From assembly GCF_009914755.1 (NCBI RefSeq), contig NC_060947.1: 64,000 nucleotides of DNA; one strand, written 5' to 3'. Below the pieces are notes generated by a model. The model did not search any database and was not told where the DNA came from. It worked only from the letters and a program-made list of their open reading frames with translations. Both the position numbers and the translations under genes were made by a program. Positions 58,441 through 64,000 of this stretch are shown here, piece by piece (positions within the stretch are counted from its first letter, which is position 1; each line of letters starts with the position of its first letter). The stretch comes from the human T2T-CHM13v2.0 reference genome, Homo sapiens.

Positions 58441-59389
58441 ATTGTACTGAATAAATGAGATTCCTGGGTTCCTCTGAAGTCTGACCATACACATTCAAAT
58501 GCAGAAACAAGAACATACAAACAAAAACTTCCAAGGTGTGGTGGAAGAGAGAGGAAAATGCCTGATGTTCTCTGAGCTCTACTTTCTGTAAGCACTGTCA
58601 AAGAGGTAACAAGTCCTGGAGGGGAATGGCTGTGGAGTGTGAGTTAGATGCTTGACACAAGAAGTTAAGCCTCAGCAAAGATTCCTATATCTAGGTTTGG
58701 CACAAAAATCAACTGTGTATCCCTATACCTGACAGATTCATTCAGGCTGAGATAACAGTCATCTCTGTGGTAACTGCATGGTCAGATAACTGAAGACAAA
58801 AATCTCTCCCCTAAAATATTAGTGTAGTGTGAGATCCTAAAAGTGTAGCATGAATTCTATAGGGTAGAGAACACTGAAAACGAGAGTTTAAATTTCAATC
58901 ATTCCTCTAAAATGGAGACTAAGAAGCAGAAATTATACTATTATAGAAAATGAAGTGATATTTCCAGCACACTTGAGTCCATCCATGCCTTCTACACTTC
59001 TTCCTGCACTTGATGTCACAGTCTATCCTCAGTTAACAACACTCTATGTGAAGCACTTAGCAGCACTTAGCACAGAGCTTGGCACATAAGAAGTGCTCCA
59101 TAAATGTTAGGTGAGTGCATATTAGATGTATAGAAAATACCTTTCATTTTGAACTAAATGTATGGTTCATACGAGCTGTTTAGTATATCCATTATATAAT
59201 TCAAATGACATTATTTAAATTAAATAAATTATTTCAGTGTAATATTACAATTCTGTATATTTTAAAGGCAGAATTTTAAAGCAATGGACAACTTTTCATT
59301 ATAATTTCAAAACTGGTTTTTCTTTCCCAAATTCACAAATTTGATGTCACATCTAGTATGAATACGTAATTTCTTATTATAAAGATTTT

Positions 59390-59726
59390 TATTAATAGGA
59401 AACTCTTAGCAATGAAATTTGGATTCATTTACATGTCTAGTTTTTAAACATGCTAAATTCGACTTGGTCAACCTAAAATGCATATATATGTATGTATATA
59501 TATGTATGTATGTATGTATATATATATGTATGTATGTATATGTATGTATGCATATATATGTATGTATATATGTATGTATATATGTATGTATGCATATATA
59601 TGTATGTATATATGTAAAATGCATATATATATATGCATTTTAAGTTGACCGAGTCGAATTTAGCAAGTTTAAAAAATAGACATGTAAATGAATCCAAATT
59701 TCATTGCTAAGAGTTCCCTATTAATA
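59390..59726. repeat. AT-rich palindrome: ~100-bp arms around a (TATG/TA)n microsatellite
   Basis: 59390-59489 versus reverse complement of 59627-59726: 5 mismatches by eye. Confidence 0.97.
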
Positions 59727-61639
59727 GAAAATGTAAAAGAAAGCTAACAGCTTAATGTCATATAGTGTGCAGCAGACTTACATTCTGGCAACATAAAAAT
59801 AATTATGGGGCAACTACGTATGTTTGTGCTGTTATGCTGTGTCCACATTATTTTAGACTAGTGTGTTATATGAGCTGTAGAGGTGTTCATCTCTTAGAAA
59901 CTATGATGACAGATGTTATTGTATGCATATTCTTCTTTCCTATATATTTGTGTTTCAGAATTTTAAGATAACTTGAACATAATAGTTGGGTTACAGTACT
60001 TTTTTTCTTTCTTGCCAGAAAGATTTCTAAACTTTCTGGTCCATTATTAGGTCCTTTTTAAGTCAAAAAGAAGCTGGTTAGAGTTTTAAAACAATGAATA
60101 TTAGCAATATGCAACAACAGAGGAAATGCCCAATATATTGTGATATAAAAGAAAATACATATATTTTTTAAATAAAATGTTTGAAAGGATTAATTTGAGT
60201 AAATGGAAAAGTGCTATAATGGAATTTGTATAAACTTGCTCTTCTCTATCTGTTTATATGTGACATTCTCCCATCCTTAAGAGTAGGTACCATGGATCTA
60301 CTATATTACAGCAAGGTTTTTGCTTCCCAGGTTGGAATTTATCTCTAGAACTTTTAGTCTCTTTCATAGGTAACAACACTCATGAAGGTTTAACAAACTA
60401 TAAATGTGGACACAAAATATACAGAATAACAAATCTTGTTCCTGTAATTTATGTGTACAGAGAAAATTGCCAGATTTATGTTATGCTCTATTTGCAATTT
60501 ATTGTACACATAAACCAGTTTGGATAAATTCTTACCTACTTTATTTACCAAACTAAACCTTCACAGGCTGGTTTTACTCAAATAGAAATGAGGGCTGAAA
60601 ACCACCACCAACAGCCTTACGGTAGCTGATGATTAAACTGAATCAATTTCTTTCAAGTTTTAACTTTCATCCTCTGTGATAGCTTTTTTAACCATATAAC
60701 CACTAGAACCTTCATATTCAGTATTGAAACATGTAATTGAATTATCTTGTATATGTGCCACTGTTTCAAATTTTAATATTCTGGCAATTATGTGCAATGA
60801 ATACTTTCAGAGGGAAATTATGCTTAGGTTATGAAAATCTCAGAATATTATTTATTCACAGGTATTTATTCCATAATATTCAGTTATTCTTTATTTTTAG
60901 AATAAGTAGGCTAACCCAAGCTAGTTTATGAATACAATAATAAAGCTAAGATAAAACAGACTTTTTTCAGTATCTGTGTCTAGATATTTAGAGAAAATAT
61001 ATGGAAAAATTCTTGAAATTCATCTAACTTAAATTTTGTGTCAACAGACTGCAACAGAATTTTGTTGTACTGAATATTGATTAAAATAAATGAGCCCTTG
61101 GCTAAGACTTAATTTTTTAAAATCATATGGACATTTTTTGTTGTTGTTGAAAGAGATGTCCTGGAATAAGAGTTAACCTTTAACAGTGACAACTGTCAAC
61201 AGAATTATCTAGGAAATGAGACAAGCCTGATTTCTCCTGTAAAATTTGTAATATCAATCTATGTATTTCATTTTCCCCACAGGCAAATGAGCTGACAGTG
61301 GGGACTCTGGGGAGATTCAGCTGCAGGACTTAGATGAATGGTGCTCTGGTGATCAGAGGAGCTGGCCAATGAGAGAGAGAAGCAACTGGATCAACACAAA
61401 ACATTCTGGGCACACTAGAAATTGAAGCATTATTTTTTAAGACAAATAATACTGTAGACTACCTAAGGCAGGATGAACTACATCACGTTTGCTTATGCAG
61501 GCTTTCCAAGTTACATCAAAGCATCCTGCACTGCTCTTCTTACACGGACTCCTGGAGACTCCCCTTTTATCAGTACAGAGCCCAGCACAGAATCCTAAGT
61601 GATTTAATAAACAGGACTCTCAAATTCTATCTCTGCTCA

Positions 61640-62700
61640 TGTGTGTTTTCTTGCACAGCATGTGCACACCCTAATTATAGCCTGTCAGATTTTACTATTT
61701 GTTTGCTTATCTTCTTATTCCACTAAAGGATTTTCTAAAGACAGAGTCTTTTTCTACTTTTTATCTGCTAGGCTCAGACACATTCATGGCATTGAGGAAG
61801 GGCTCCAGCAATGTTTTCTGTATACATACTGAGTGAAAGAAGCTAATTCCCTCTTTGGAAACACACTTATATTCTGTAATAAAAAACAGAATTTAAACCA
61901 CAAAGAATATTTTATGTTTCCTAGTTTAATATTGAATTAGATGTTTACATCAGTTTTTATTAAAATAATTACAACAAATAGTACAGAAATGTAATATTAC
62001 CAAAGAAAAGTGTAAAATGAAAAGTGACTACTAACAGCAAACCCTACCTTCTCACTCAAGAAATTACTGCTAACAGTTTCTTCTGGATCCTTTCAGATAT
62101 TTTTGTATTTCTATTTAACTTTTTATGCATATATCATTTGCTTTCTACCTCCCTAGTTAGATGCTGAACTCATTAAGTTCAGGGACTGCAGCGTCTATTT
62201 CTTTCATATTCCATATACTGATTAACTCTGTGCTGGACACTTAGTAAGTACACAATAAAAATAACTGTACTTGTGATTATTCTGTTGACTCGGTTAATTA
62301 AGAAAAGATGAATTGCAAGCCATTGCAATCCATGTAGAATATTATACAAAACGAGGGCAACATTTAAGACTGAATAAAAATGTGAAATCTTTAATGACAT
62401 TGGTTGAGTAATCTCAGGGTCACAGCACTAAAGTTATGCATTTATTAAATTTTTGGCATGCAGTCAACATTAATATATTTGTGCAGAGAAAGTACGTGAC
62501 TGTATTCTGTGGGGTATACAGATGCACAGCCACTTTTGAAGCAAGCATTATTATTATCTCCATTTCATAGATGAAGAAACTAAGATTTAGAGAGGTTTAG
62601 TGTTTGACCAAGTTTATACAATTAGAAGGTAGCATAGCTGGAATTCAAATTCGGACAGTCAGACTCTAAATAATATTACTTTATTTTCCCTATGTGATGC
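61640..62700. mobile_element. L2 (~61640-61835, ~62140-62260), L1ME (~61930-62130) and MIR (~62545-62700) fragments
   Basis: L2 3' motifs (TGCTGGACACTTAGTAAGT..AATAAA); MIR core CTCCATTTCATAGATGAAGAAACTAAG. Confidence 0.55.
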
Positions 62701-64000
62701 TACTACTCACACAAATATACTGGGACTTTTTGTATCAACAGTACTAGATGACTGTAATATTCTTGGCTAAAGTTCATCTCCCCAACAGACTCACGAGAAG
62801 CAGATTAATAAAGATGATTTCTTGCACTTGGAGGTTAAAATCATGCCAAGCTCAATCACAGCAAGATCAAGTGTCTGCCTATCAAGTATTCTTTCCTGTG
62901 GATACCAGGTATTCAAGTTCATGATAGCTGCTGAAATAGATAAAAACAGTAGAAAACCATAGCAGGAGTAGGGAGAATAATCTTTTTGTACAAATATACT
63001 TTCTTGATCAGGGTAGACGTTCTTTATTTCTTCTTGATTTTTAGGGTGCCTTTACGTTTTCTTATTAAAGATTATCTAGTGATTCTTCCAAAAATTACAT
63101 ATACAGAACCAAGGTCCAATAAGATTGAAGAAATGTTACTACAGAGAAATTACAAGAATATTGTGACTTTCATAGAGGCTGACATATGCAGCACCATGCC
63201 AGAATGCCTGGTTTAGTCTTATAAAAGTATTTAGTTATCTCCGTCCTATGAAAGAAGCCAGGACTGTCTCACTCAGTTGGATAATAATTACTTCCTAGAA
63301 CATTCTTCCTCTGAATAGTAGGTATCTCCATGAGTGTTTCTCTCTAAATATGATAGTTGTCTTTTTTCTGAAAGCCTGTCACTTTAAGTGTTGGTCTTCT
63401 TCCTGAAAGCCAGTCACTTGCAGAGAGGCAAAAATGCAAAAAACAGCCAAAGTGATATTTGATGAGACTTGTTTTACTGGCATGCTTCTAATCTGAAAAT
63501 CTTCAACTTGCATGCAAGTCTCTATGCATATTTGTACGTGGAGACTTTGAAAAAGATTTTCAGTATCAGCTTCTAGAAGAAGATTCATTTCCTTCCAGTA
63601 TATCTCATAAAAAGGAATACTTCTGTGAAATAGAATATATGCATCATGGAAGCATTCAAGAATTTAGAGGAGATATGTTATTGTTACTAATTATTAACTT
63701 ATATCTACACAGTGATATACAGCACATAATAGGATAGAAGTAAAATATTCAGTTGTCTTGAATTGTCATGGCCTAACCTGACGCAGAGGAGGGCAAGGAT
63801 CCACAGATAAAAAACACAGTGCCACCTATCCCACACCCAATTGTCTTAATGGATCACAGCAAATAAGACCCACTGGCCACATTCTTTATTCAGTGTTAAT
63901 AGTAGGTAGGAGAAAAATATATTTTGAAAAGAACATATTTATCACGACATATTTCATGAAAATGTTTCGTTCAACAGGTATGTTACTTGCCTAGGGAAGA

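Noticed and set aside
59406-59697. Mirror-image ORFs (MDSFTCL...)
   Set aside because: By-product of the palindrome and the TATG microsatellite.

Overview
Primate (very likely human) genomic DNA: AT-rich, CpG-depleted and mostly made of interspersed repeats. These include Alu J/S/Y, L1PA/L1PB/L1M, L2, MIR, ERV1 LTRs and internal regions (LTR8-, MER4-, MER50- and MER52-like), MaLR/ERVL LTRs and Tigger/MER2 DNA transposons. I can support no intact cellular protein-coding gene, RNA gene or CRISPR array. The only gene-derived feature is a full-length processed RPL7 pseudogene nested in an MLT1 LTR that is itself inside a MIR. The only long real ORF is the 595-aa C-terminal part of L1 ORF2, whose ATG comes from the insertion junction. 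The structures least explained by repeat annotation are local template-switch or fold-back products: a ~350-bp inverted duplication (56.7-57.6 kb), a ~100-bp-arm AT-rich palindrome with a microsatellite-expanded centre (59.4-59.7 kb), a ~90-bp inverted repeat inside a MER50 LTR, and a ~50-bp templated insertion flanked by a 9-bp duplication. I see no evidence for a novel multi-gene system. Repeat subfamily names come from remembered consensus motifs and need RepeatMasker/Dfam confirmation, and boundaries of old repeats are approximate.
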